DNA of 64,000 nt from positions 13,950,001 to 14,014,000 of the forward strand of contig JBHGNT010000008.1 of NCBI GenBank assembly GCA_043228905.1, written 5' to 3'. Of the stretch, positions 49,633 through 61,140 are shown piece by piece. The translations under genes were made by a program, and so were the position numbers. Origin of the DNA: Azolla caroliniana (Eukaryota; Plantae; Polypodiophyta). Within the stretch, counting starts at the first letter, position 1; the number at the start of each line of letters is the position of its first letter. The notes beneath the pieces were generated by a model that saw only the letters and a program-made list of their open reading frames with translations, was not told where the DNA came from and made no database searches.

Positions 49633-51435
49633 ATAAATTACAATTGGAAATGTCTACAAATCTCCTATAAATAGCTAAGCTCTTGCTAGTTAGTGGAACG
49701 AGTCTACATATATTATCCGCATATCGAGCTCGGTATGGAGTCCACAACCATGCACCTAGTTGGCAGCTCACTGTTTGCACCAGGTACTTACTGTTTAGGC
49801 ATTTCCTCAGGTAGAATGAGACAGCATCTCCGAATATTGAAGTAGTGCCAGAAATGTTTTGTATCCAAAATCAATGTGTTGTCAGCATTATATTCAGGCC
49901 AAGTAGCCCAAAAATCAGAAAGTCTCTTGAATCTTGCAGCTTCCATTTGCTCACAATTTTCTCGTGCCCATTGACCTTTAAAACGACTTTGCCATTTTGG
50001 GAAGAATCTTGCTAAACACTTCCACACATCTGATTTTGGTTTTTCACTACAAATAAACAAATCAAAGTATTGCACAGCCCACTCTAGAAACTGATTCGCG
50101 TCCCTCCTTGGCTGCATATATCTCACACTCATCAAGACTTTATCAAGCTCCAAGATCAAGGCTCTTCTTTCGACTTCTAGTGGTTTAGGTTTCCATTCCT
50201 GAAACTGAGCCGCTGTTACACCATTTTCTGGTAGGACACGATCAATCTCAATTAGCTCAAGTTCGACCGACACAACTGGCGTCCTTTTCCTCTTCAAACC
50301 CCTAGTCGACTGTGTTGGGCCTGGCTTCACATTCTGGTGCTCTTGTTTTATCGACTTAGTTATCAATCCTTGGATTACCTCGGTGCATGTAGCTACTGAT
50401 CTGCTCGATATCAGTCCACTGGTATCACATGCTGCATCTACCTGCAACACCAAGTCATCCGTGCAACATGTTGCATCTACCTGCAACACCAAGTCATCCG
50501 TGCAACATGCTTGATCAACTTGTGTGACCAGATCACTTGTGTTAGTTGCTACATCTACTTTCAAGATGGGGCCCTTTAAACACGTTGCAACATCAACAGT
50601 ATCCACACTGCCATTGGCCTTACGAGCAATTGAATCAAACCCTTTAGACTCTGCAACATCAGAAAACACCAACATATTCACACTCACAAAGTAACTAACA
50701 GTCTCACAAAACAACATCCTAAACATCAAAGAGTTTCAATCATAGAACAACACTCTTCAAATTATCTTGGAAAAACATCATAGAGTTCCATTACATAATG
50801 TGGATCAAGCAACAACCAATCTGAGGTTTTACTTGTCCAACAGGATAGTAAAACTTCATAAAACCCTAGCAAAATCCCTAAGTTAACAATCATATCCAAC
50901 TAAACAGTATTTCGCTCCACTACGTTTGGGCCCCTTGACTGAGTAACTGGTCTTGTTCCTGATCGTGGCCCCTTCTTTAGCCTTTTTCTGGTCGGTTCCC
51001 CATTTAGCCTTGCTTCTTTCACCCAATGCGCAAGTGTGTCCTCCTCCGACAACCTTCCCATCGCCTTAGCAGCTAATTGCACATCAGCCGTTTCTTGAAC
51101 TAGCTTTTCAAGTACAGAGGGATCTGTTTGGACATTTTTAGTAGTTGGGCTCGGTGGGGTGGAATCAAGGTCTTGAGATTCAAAGAAATGTTGCATCAAG
51201 TGTTCATAAACACTATTGTTGTGAACCTCAGTTTTACATATTTTTTCCAATATTTCATGGCATTTCACATCGTTGCCTAATTCAGTACATTGTTCCAAAA
51301 GAATAGGGTGGAGCTGATCTGAAGGAGATGTGATAGCAGGACTCTTACTTTCAGCCACGTTGGCAACAGTATCCTCATCTGTTGCAGCGTCATCAGCACC
51401 AGACACATCATGTGCCGTCCTTAATCCACAAGATT
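49633..51435 (-). pseudogene. Transposon accessory coding exons: acidic/low-complexity region, 13-aa repeats, NLS-like motifs and a C-terminal FCP1/NIF-like HAD domain with degenerate active site
   Basis: ORFs 50900-51406 and 49788-50729, with candidate AG acceptors before 51435 and 50650. The C-terminal domain ALILELDKVL..PRRDANQFLEWAVQYFDLFICS..WARENC..KRLSDFWATWPEYNADNTLILDT follows the LVLDLD..RP..FL..W.R..C..KDL..NTLIIDD pattern of the NIF family. A +1 frame continues the domain to ~49633. Confidence 0.65.
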
Positions 51436-51449
51436 CTACAATAACATGG

Positions 51450-51965
51450 CAGCTATTTAGGATAGCTAATTAGCTACTTTACTAAACTATGGTAGAAGCT
51501 AGGATAGCTAATTAGCTAGTACGATAGCTAATTAACTACTTTACTCAACTATGGTAGTAGCTAGGATAGCTAATTAGCTACTTTACTCAACTATGGTAGT
51601 AGCTAGGATAGCTAATTAGCTACTTTACTAACTATGGTAGTAGCTAGGATAGCTAATTAGCTACTATGGTAGCTGTTCAGAATCAAGCTCAACTTGGTCT
51701 AGTGTGTGAACTCACCTTGAGAGTGAAGAGACACTCCAACGGTCAAGAGTCACCATTATGTCACCACTTTGTATTCTAGCATTTAGTATGAGTCATAGAA
51801 TCATATTCTATGACACATAACTTATGAGCTTTCACATTCCCCATGCTCCATGAGTCTTGTAGTTAATGAACAGAGAGGGTGACTACATAAAGCACCCTCC
51901 TCCCACCTTGTATAATGTTGAGTCTTTCTCCTTTGTTAATATACTTTTACCTTGCGTATTGTCTG

Positions 51966-52002
<37 letters not shown>

Positions 52003-53665
52003 CACACACATAGCTCACATCTCTTCCGCTTCACAAGAATCCATCTCTTGATTCTTTATAGTAGCTAATTAGCTACTTTACCTAACTATGGTAGTAGCTA
52101 GGATAGCTAATTAGCTACTTTACTCAACTATGGTAGTAGCTAGAATAGCTAATTAGCTACTTTACTAATTATGGTAGTAGCTAGGATAGCTAATACTTTA
52201 CTCAACTATGGTAGTAGTTAGGATAGCTAATTTGCTACTTTACTCAACTATGGTAGTAGCTAGGATAGCTAATTAGCTACTTTACTCAACTATGGTAGTA
52301 GCTAGAATAACTAATTAGCTACTTTACTCAACTATGGTAGTAGCTAGAATAGCTAATTAGCTACTTTACTAACTATGGTAGTAGCTAGGATAGCTAATTA
52401 GCTACTATGGTAGCTAATTAGCTACTTTACTCAACTATGGTAGTAGTTAGGATAGCTAATTTTCTACTTTACTCAACTATGGTAGTAGCTAGGATAGCTA
52501 ATTAGCTACTTTACTCAACTATGGTAGTAGCTAGAATAGCTAATTAGCTACTTTACTCAACTATGGTAGTAGCTAAAATAGCTAAGTAGCTACTATGGTA
52601 GCTAATTAGCTACTTTACTCAACTATGGTAGTAGCTAGAATAGCTAAGTAGCTACTATGGTAGCTAATTAGCTACTTTACTCAACTATGGTAGTAGCTAG
52701 GATAGCTAATTATCTACTTTACTCAACTATGGTAGTAGCTAGGATAGCTAATTAGCTACTTTTCTCAACCATGGTAATAGCTAGGATAGCTAATTAGCTA
52801 CTTTACACAACTATGGCAGTAGCTAATTAGCTAGTAGGATAGCTAATTAGCTACTTTCTCAACTATGTAGTAGCTAGAATAGCTTATTAGCTACTAGGAT
52901 AGCTAATTACCTGCCAGTAGCTAATTAGCTACTAGGATAGCTTATTAGCTACTAGGATAGCTAATTACCTGCCAGTAGCTAATTAACTACTAGGATAGCT
53001 TATTAGCTAGTTTACACAACTATGGCAGTAGCTAATTAGTTAGTAGGATAGCTAACTAGCTATTAGGATAGCTAATTAGCTACAATGATAGCTAATGAGC
53101 TACTTTCTCAACTATGTAGTAGCTAGGATAGCTTATTAGCTACTAGGATAACTAATTACCTGCCAGTAGCTAATTAGCTACTGGGATAGCTTATTAGCTA
53201 CTTTACACAACTATGTCAGTAACTAATTAGCTACCCTAGTAGCTAATTAGCTAGTAGGATAGCTAATTAGCTTTTTTACACAACTATTGCACTAGCGAAT
53301 TAGCTAGTACCATAGCTAATTAGCTACTAGGATAGCTAATTAGCTAGTAGCTCATTAGCTGCCAGTAGCTAATTAGCTAGTAGGATAGCTAATTAGCTAT
53401 TGTACACAACTATGGTACTAGCTAATTAGCTATGAGTAGCTAACTAGCTGCCAGTAGGACAGCTAATTAGCTAGTAGCTAACTAGCTGCCACTTAGCTAA
53501 TTAACTACTGTAGTAAACTATGGCAGTAGCTAATTAGCTAATAGGATAGCTATTAGCTGCTTTAATCAACTATGGTAGTAGCTAATTAGCTACAACGATA
53601 GCAGGAAAATAGTTTCCATACTTTTAACGGCTTAGCTAATTAGAAAAGACTAAGCTTATTAGCTA
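51450..53665. repeat. Second TAGCTAATTAGCTA satellite array (mostly ~41-bp units), interrupted by a solo LTR
   Basis: Unit GGATAGCTAATTAGCTACTTTACTCAACTATGGTAGTAGCTA repeated over 51460-51673 and 52061-~52860, decaying into shorter variants up to ~53665. Confidence 0.93.
51674..52060. mobile_element. Probable solo LTR (387 bp) of an otherwise unseen family
   Basis: TSD GTAGC (51669-51673, 52061-52065). Ends TGTTCAGAATCAAG...CTTGATTCTTTATA form an imperfect inverted repeat (terminal CA changed to TA). Contains a CT microsatellite like other LTRs in this window. Confidence 0.75.
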
Positions 53666-53777
53666 CAGTATGGTATACATGTTAGTTTTCTCCACTCATT
53701 TGGTAGAGTTGTACTGCAATCTCCCAAACATAATGCAACAATTCGACAGGCATGTTGAAAACAAAGCAGATGGTATG

Positions 53778-56700
53778 TGTTGGGATTTCGGTCCCTCCGG
53801 ATGGGATGTCCGGAGATGAATGACGGCAAGCCCGGTCTCGGTTACGGAACCAGAGGATGAAGAGTACCCGGCATGAAGCCGGATGAAGAGTACCCGGTTA
53901 CGGAAGCCGGATGAAGATACAGGCCCGGTGAGAGTACTCACCGGATGTGGAGACATATTTGTGAATATGTTTTCCCAAGAGCCCTTTGAGGCTATATTTG
54001 TAAATAGTCCGAAAATCATATGTGTATAAATATGACTTAGGGCAAACAGTTTTGTTGTTGCTCATTTTTCTGTTTTCCACTTAGAGGGAGTGAAGAGAGC
54101 AGCCGAGAGAGAGGGAGAGAGAGAGAGACGAAGAGGTCGTTGCCTCTGTGTATTACCGCCGCCTGTGGTGAAGACAGTGAGCTCAAGGTTGTTGCCTTGT
54201 AGCTTCACCATTGTACATCTCTGTTTATAGTGATAGTTGGAGTTTGAGGACTCCCGTGGTTTTTCCCATTTAGGGTTTTCCACGTAAAACATCCTGTGTA
54301 CTCTTCTCTCTATTGTCTTCGTGCATTTTGTATTTCCTGTTTTCTGTGAGTTGATCCTATTGCTCGGTTGTGGCCGAGCACTGTGTTTAACAATTTGGTA
54401 TCAGAGCGACGGTAACACAGAAAATGGAAGGCGGCGGTAGTGGGCCTCCGGGCATGATGGTGTTGAACTCACAGAACTACGCCGACTGGAAGATAAAGAT
54501 GGAAGACCTTCTCATCGTCCGAGACCTGTACGAACCGATCGACAATGCCGAGATACCCAAGGGGGTAATAGAGTCGGAGTGGAAGCTCCTGAACCGGAAA
54601 GCCGTAGCGACGATCCGGCAATATGTCGATGTAAGTGTTCTGCAACATGTGGCGAACGATACGAACGCCTATGAGATGTGGCAGAAGCTGTCCGGACTGT
54701 ATGAGAGGAAGAATGCTCTGACCCGGACCTCCCTGATGAGGAAGATAGTGAATCTTAAGTACCGGGACGGCGAGAGCATGGTCGAACACGTCAGCACGTT
54801 CATGGGATTCGTGAACCAACTTGCGGCGATCAAGTTCCCGTTGGATGACGCAATGCAAACCATCATGTTGATGTGTACCCTTCCGGAGAGCTGGGAGAAC
54901 TTGGTAGTTACTCTCAGCACCTCCTGTAAGGAAGAGAACTTGTCTTTACTAACGGTAAAGACAAGTATTCTAAATGAAGAAGCGCGTCGGAGAGATAAAG
55001 AACCGGCCTCCGACTCGAAGGCGCTGCTTACCGAATCGGAACGGGGAAGACAACGGAACCGGAGTCCGCAAAGACGGGAGAAGTCGGGGACACGGTCGTA
55101 GTCGAGGGGAGGACCTACATGCTTCTATTGTGGGAAGCCGGGGCACTTCCAGAAGAACTGTCGGCATTTCCGGAAAGACAACGGAACCGACGGTACCGAT
55201 TCGAAGAAGTCACCGGAGCGAAACGGTGCATACCGGGGAGCCACGGACCGGAGAGGTCCGGATCGGCGAGGGCAGGACCGGAAAGGAACGACGGCACTCG
55301 CGGCAAGTGAAGAAGAGATAATGCTCATTACCGAAGAGAGGGAGCTGAACCTTGCCGGTGAAGAGATGATCTGGGTGGTCGATTCCGGAGCGTCGTTCCA
55401 CCTGACGCCGGAGAAGAAATACTTCTCATCCTACACAGCCATTGAGCACGGCTGTGTCCGGATGGGAAATGAAGGTACATGCCGGATTGCCGGCATAGGA
55501 GACGTGTGGCTGATGACATCAACCGGATGCAAGATGCTGCTGAAGGATGTGCGACACGTTCCGGAGGTTCGATTGAACCTGATTTCGGCCGGGAGGCTAG
55601 ACGATGAAGGCTACACGGGTAGCATCCGGAACGGTGTCATGAAGTTCAGCAAAGGGAGCCTGATAGTGGCTCGGGCCCGGAAGGTCAACACACTGTACCT
55701 GATGAATTCCCGACTATGTCCGGAGGAGCTGAATGTGGCAGCTGACACTGCCGGTGAGCTGTGGCACAAGAGACTGTGCCACATGAGCGAGAAGGGGATG
55801 AAGAGGCTTGCCGAAGAAAACCTGATACCGGTAAAGCACGTACACTTGGGGAAGTGTACCGACTGTCTGGCCGGTAAGCAAAACCGGACCTCCTTCCGCT
55901 CAAGACCACCGATGAGACGTAGTGTACCATTGGAGTTGGTACACACTGATGTGTGTCAGGTAGAAACGAAGTCACATGGCGGAGCCCAGTACTTCGTAAC
56001 ATTCATAGATGACCATAGCCGGAAGCTGTGGACGGCACCGTTGAAGACAAAGGACCAAGTATTGTCCGTCTTCAAAGAACTCCACGCGAGAGTGGAAAGA
56101 GAATCCGGCAAGAAGCTGAAAGCACTACGAGCGGATAACGGAGGAGAATACCGAGGGCAATTTGAGGAGTATTGCCGTTCGATGGGAATCCGGCTCGAGT
56201 TTACTGTGCCGAAGACGCCGGAACTGAACGGGCTGGCCGAGAGGATGAACCAGACCATAATGGAGAGGGTCCGGAGTATGCTAGCACATGCGAAATTACC
56301 CAAGGGATTTTGGGCTGAGGCAATGTCGACGGCGACATATGTGATAAATAGATCACCCTCAGTACCCCTGGATGGAGACACGCCACAAAGAGTGTGGCCC
56401 GGTAAGGAAGTGTCCTACCGGCATCTGAAGGTGTTCGGGTGTCTCGCATACATGCATGTGGCAAAGGACCGGAGAGGAAAGTTAGACCCAAAGACCCGGC
56501 CATGCATATTCCTCGGTTACGGCGACGACGAGTTCGGCTACCGAGTATGGGACCCGGTCGACAAGAAGATATTCAGGAGTCGAGATATCATCTTCATGGA
56601 GGACAAGACACTCGCCGACTGGGAGTCGGAGAAGAAGATGAAGAGCTCCAAGTCGACCGGTGAGAATCAACTCTACGAGGAGCAATCCCGACCGGCAAGG

Positions 56701-59123
56701 GACCGGTTAGCACTCGAGGATCCGGCCGAAGACGGTGAAGAAACAGAACCGGCCGAGGAAGATGAAACTGATACCGGAACCGGCCCCGATCCAGAAATGG
56801 ATTCGGATGAAGAGGAAACGGAGGAGCCGGTTACCGAAGCTCCGGAACGGAGATATCCTCTAAGAGAGAGAAGGGCCCCCCAGAGATTTCCGGAACCAGA
56901 GCACGTGCTGCTAACCGACGAGGGGGAGCCGGAGAGTTTTGAAGAAGCAAAGCTTGACACCCATAGCCGCAGGTGGTTAAGTGCCATGCAGGAGGAGATG
57001 GATTCCCTGCATGAGAACCACACATATGAACTTGTGGAGTTGCCGAAAGGAAAGCGGGCACTTCGAAACAAGTGGGTGTTCAAGCTGAAACCGGGAGATG
57101 CCGGAAACCCCCCGAGATACAAAGCCAGGATCGTGGTGAAGGGGTTCCAGCAGAAGAAGGGCGTCGACTTCGACGAGATATTTGCCCCGGTAGTGAAGAT
57201 GACCTCCATCCGGACGGTGCTGAGCATAGCGGCAAGCATGGACCTCGAGGTAGAACAGATGGACGTGAAGACGGCATTCCTTCACGGTGACCTCGAAGAA
57301 GAGATCTACATGCAGCAACCGGAAGGATTCGAGAAGAAAGGGAAGGAGCACCTGGTATGCCGGTTGAAGAAGAGCCTTTACGGACTGAAGCAGGCTCCCC
57401 GGCAGTGGTACCGGAAGTTCGACTCTTTCATTACCGACGAAGGGTACCACAAAACGCAGTCCGATCACTGCGTGTTTGTGAAGAAGTTCGAAGGAGGAGA
57501 CTTTCTAATACTCCTCCTGTACGTGGACGACATGTTGATCGTCGGACGGGACCAGGTCAAGATACGGATGCTGAAGAAAGCGCTTCACCGAACCTTCTCT
57601 ATGAAGGACCTGGGTCCGGCGAGGCAAATACTAGGGATGCACATCATCCGGGACCTGAAGAAGAAGCAGTTGTGGCTGTCACAGGAGAAGTACGTGACAA
57701 AGGTGCTTCACCGGTTCAACATGTCGGAAGCAAGACCGGTCGGGTCAACCCTCCCGGCAAACTGCAAGTTGTCCAGCAAGCAAAGCCCCAAGACAAAGGC
57801 TGAGAAGGAGGACATGATGAAAGTACCATATGCCTCTGCCGTCGGAAGCTTGATGTACGCAATGGTGTGTACAAGACCGGACATAGGATATGCAGTCGGA
57901 GTGGTGAGCCGGTACATGAGCAATCCCGGCAAAGAGCACTGGAACGCGGTCAAGTGGATACTCCGATACCTGAAGGGCACGGCAAACGTGTGCCTCCGAT
58001 TCGGCTCCGGTAAGCCCGAACTCGACGGCTTTACCGATTCGGATATGTCGGCTGATGCAGATACTAGCCGGTCCACATCAGGGTATGTGATGACGTATGC
58101 AGGGGGAGCTGTTTCGTGGCAGTCGAGGCTGCAGAAGACGGTTGCGTTGTCAACCACGGAGGCGGAGTACATGGCGGCTGTCGAAGCCGGCAAGGAAATA
58201 ATATGGATGAAGGACTTCATTAGAGAGCTCGGTATCCGGCAGGAGGAGTACCGACTCTACTGCGACAGTCAGAGTGCCATCCACCTTGCGAAGAACGCGG
58301 CCTATCACTCCCGGACGAAGCACATCCAGCGAAGATATCACTGGATCCGGGAAAGGATAGAAGACCAGGAGTTCATGCTGACGAAGATCCACACAGACGA
58401 GAACGGGTCAAATATGCTGACCAAAGTGCTCACACCGGACAAGCTGGAAGCATGCCGGAAGAGGATCGGATTGGAGAGACATCCCATGCCGAAGTGAAGG
58501 GGGAGTTTGTTGGGATTTCGGTCCCTCCGGATGGGATGTCCGGAGATGAATGACGGCAAGCCCGGTCCCGGTTACGGAACCAGAGGATGAAGAGTACCCG
58601 GCATGAAGCCGGATGAAGAGTACCCGGTTACGGAAGCCGGATGAAGATACAGGCCCGGTGAGAGTACTCACCGGATGTGGGGACATATTTGTGAATATGT
58701 TTTCCCAAGAGCCCTTTGAGGCTATATTTGTAAATAGTCCGAAAGTCATATGTGTATAAATATGACTTAGGGCAAACAGTTTTGTTGTTGCTCATTTTTC
58801 TGTTTTCCACTTAGAGGGAGTGAAGAGAGCAGCCGAGAGAGAGGGAGAGAGAGAGAGACGAAGAGGTCGTTGCCTCTGTGTATTACCGCCGCCTGTGGCG
58901 AAGACAGTGAGCTCAAGGTTGTTGCCTTGTAGCTTCACCATTGTACATCTCTGTTTATAGTGATATTGGAGTTTGAGGACTCCCGTGGTTTTTGCCATTT
59001 AGGGTTTTCCACGTAAAACATCCTGTGTACTCTTCTCTCTATTGTCTTCGTGCATTTTGTAAATTTCCTGTTTTCTGTGAGTTGATCCTATTGCTCGGTT
59101 GTGGCCGAGCACTGTGTTTAACA
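53778..59123 (+). mobile_element. Young full-length Ty1/Copia retrotransposon inserted in the RING exon of the DNA transposon
   Basis: LTRs 53778-54392 and 58508-59123, nearly identical. TSD GTATG (53773-53777, 59124-59128). PBS TGGTATCAGAGC at 54396. PPT AAGGGGGAG. Confidence 0.97.
54424..58497 (+). CDS. Copia gag-pol polyprotein with one premature TAG at 55099-55101
   Basis: ORFs 54424-55101 and 55321-58497 are in the same frame. The paralog at 27559 has CAG at the stop position. All Copia domains are present. Confidence 0.93.
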
Positions 59124-60404
59124 GTATGTGTGGTTGCATGGTTGTAGGTGAACCAACAAAGACGCAGTTTTGTCCTCCACACCTAACCCGCAAGCGATGC
59201 AACGTCCTTGAACTGTTAATAAATCATTTTCTGGTTCTCCTTCATTAGGTAAGGGAGCAAGAATGTTCAGGTCCAAATCCTGTCTGGTCCTTACCATTCC
59301 CTCCACAAAATGTAGTTGCTTCTTAAGGCAGCTAACTACCTGTTCTTGATGAATGTATTGTTCCTTCAACGCAACAGAGAAATTTACCGATTAATTATTC
59401 CTGTCTGAGAAAGATACACCAACTTTGCTCAAGAATCGTTAACTTACTTGAAGCTTTTCCAAATTGTAATCTGCAACAGTATTTACACCTAGAAGGTCCA
59501 GGTTCATTGAAAGAACCTGGATCTCTATTTGCAGTTGTATTTTACGCTGGGGATCCAATGGCCCCTCTAATTCAAGGTCCTATTGCGCAACCTATTCCAG
59601 ATAATGCTTGATTAGCACGTTTTACCCTTAAAGTTATTTATAACACAATCACATACCAGCAAAACAATAGTTACCTGAATCTTATTTCTAATCGTTGTAA
59701 CAACGGAAGTAACTTTGCTCTCCATTGTAGAAGCCATTGTGGCTTTCTCTAAATCAGTCTTAAAAAATGCCAATGTCTCACAGGCTTCATGGACATTTTT
59801 TAGCATATAGCTAACCAATGTCTCACCTGTATCATCGACAGTGGCTTTCCTTGGGTGTCCGTGTGGTGTATGCCCCCGGTTTTGCTGGGAGTCGGCAGTT
59901 GCATCAACAACTGCCATGCTCCAAAATCTGTCTATTTTTTGTGCCAAGGTCCCCATCTTTCGGCATCTTTTTACCGATGCCTCACCATAGACTGCCCAAG
60001 TTACCTTATACATTTCAAGGTATCTGGATTCCTTCGTTGTTTTGTAGTACTCATATGCAAATGCTCTAGCAAATGAAACTGACAACTCATTGTTGACTGG
60101 AATCTCCTGATGAACTTTCTAGAGCAGCCTCATGCAGTCATCGTACAAGTCGGCTCGTACATGCTTCAGCTTGACCTTGCCTTTGACTCTAGGCACTGTA
60201 TATACTGTCATCCAGTCTACATCACTGATCAATTTATCACTTAGGACAGCAGGGTCAACACCCTTGAGTGACAGACCATAGGTGTTGTGGAAGCCCTCCT
60301 TTGTCTCGCAAAATTTTGCGAAGTTTAGCACTCTTGGATACGGAGGAACGAGCCATCTGAAATATCATTTCAGAAATCAGAAATAGTGCAAAATCAGAAT
60401 ATGT

Positions 60405-61140
60405 CAGAATCAGAAACCCCAATCAACAACAACAAAAATAGTGCAAAATCTTTAACTTAGCAAATCAGAAACCCTAATCATAATTTGAAATCAGAAACCC
60501 TAATCAAAATCTGTAATCAAAAGTTTGAAATCAAAAACCCTAATCAAAATCTTTAATTAGAAGTTTGTAACCAGAAACCCTATTCAGAAATTCTAATTAG
60601 AAATTTATAATCAAAAACCCTAATCAGAAATTTCAATCACAAACCCTAATCAGAAATTCTAAACATAAATTTATAAACAAAAACCCTATTTAGAAATTCT
60701 AATCAGAAATTCTAATCTGTAATCAAAATTTGAAATCAGAAACCCTAATCAAAATCTGTAATCAGAAGTTTGAAATCAGAAACCCTAATCAAAATCTGTA
60801 ATCAGAGGTTTGTAACCAGAAACCTTATTCAGAAATTCTAATCAGAAATTTATAATCAAAAACCCTAATCAGAAATTTCAATCAGAAACCCTAATAAAAA
60901 ATTTCAATCACAAACCCTAATCAGAAATCCTAAGCAGAAATTTATAAACAAAAACCCTATTCAGAAATTCTAATTTGTAATCAAAATTTGTAACCAGAAA
61001 CCCTATTCAGAAATTCTAATCAGAAATTTATAATAAAAAACTCTAATCAGAAATTTCAATCACAAACCCTAATCACAAATTCTAATCAGAAATTTATAAA
61101 CAAAAACCCTAATTAGAAATTTCAATCAGAAACCCCAATC
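60405..61140. repeat. Degenerate tandem array rich in telo-box/telomere-like AAACCCTAAT motifs, within intron 2 of the RING gene
   Basis: Repeated AATCAGAAACCCTAATCA(G/A)AA interleaved with AAATTCTAATC and AAATTTATAA variants, inside the intron 60357-61185. Confidence 0.88.

Noticed and set aside
60405-61140. Interstitial telomere or chromosome fusion scar
   Set aside because: No contiguous (TTTAGGG)n; the motifs are embedded in longer degenerate units inside a GT-AG intron of a transposon.
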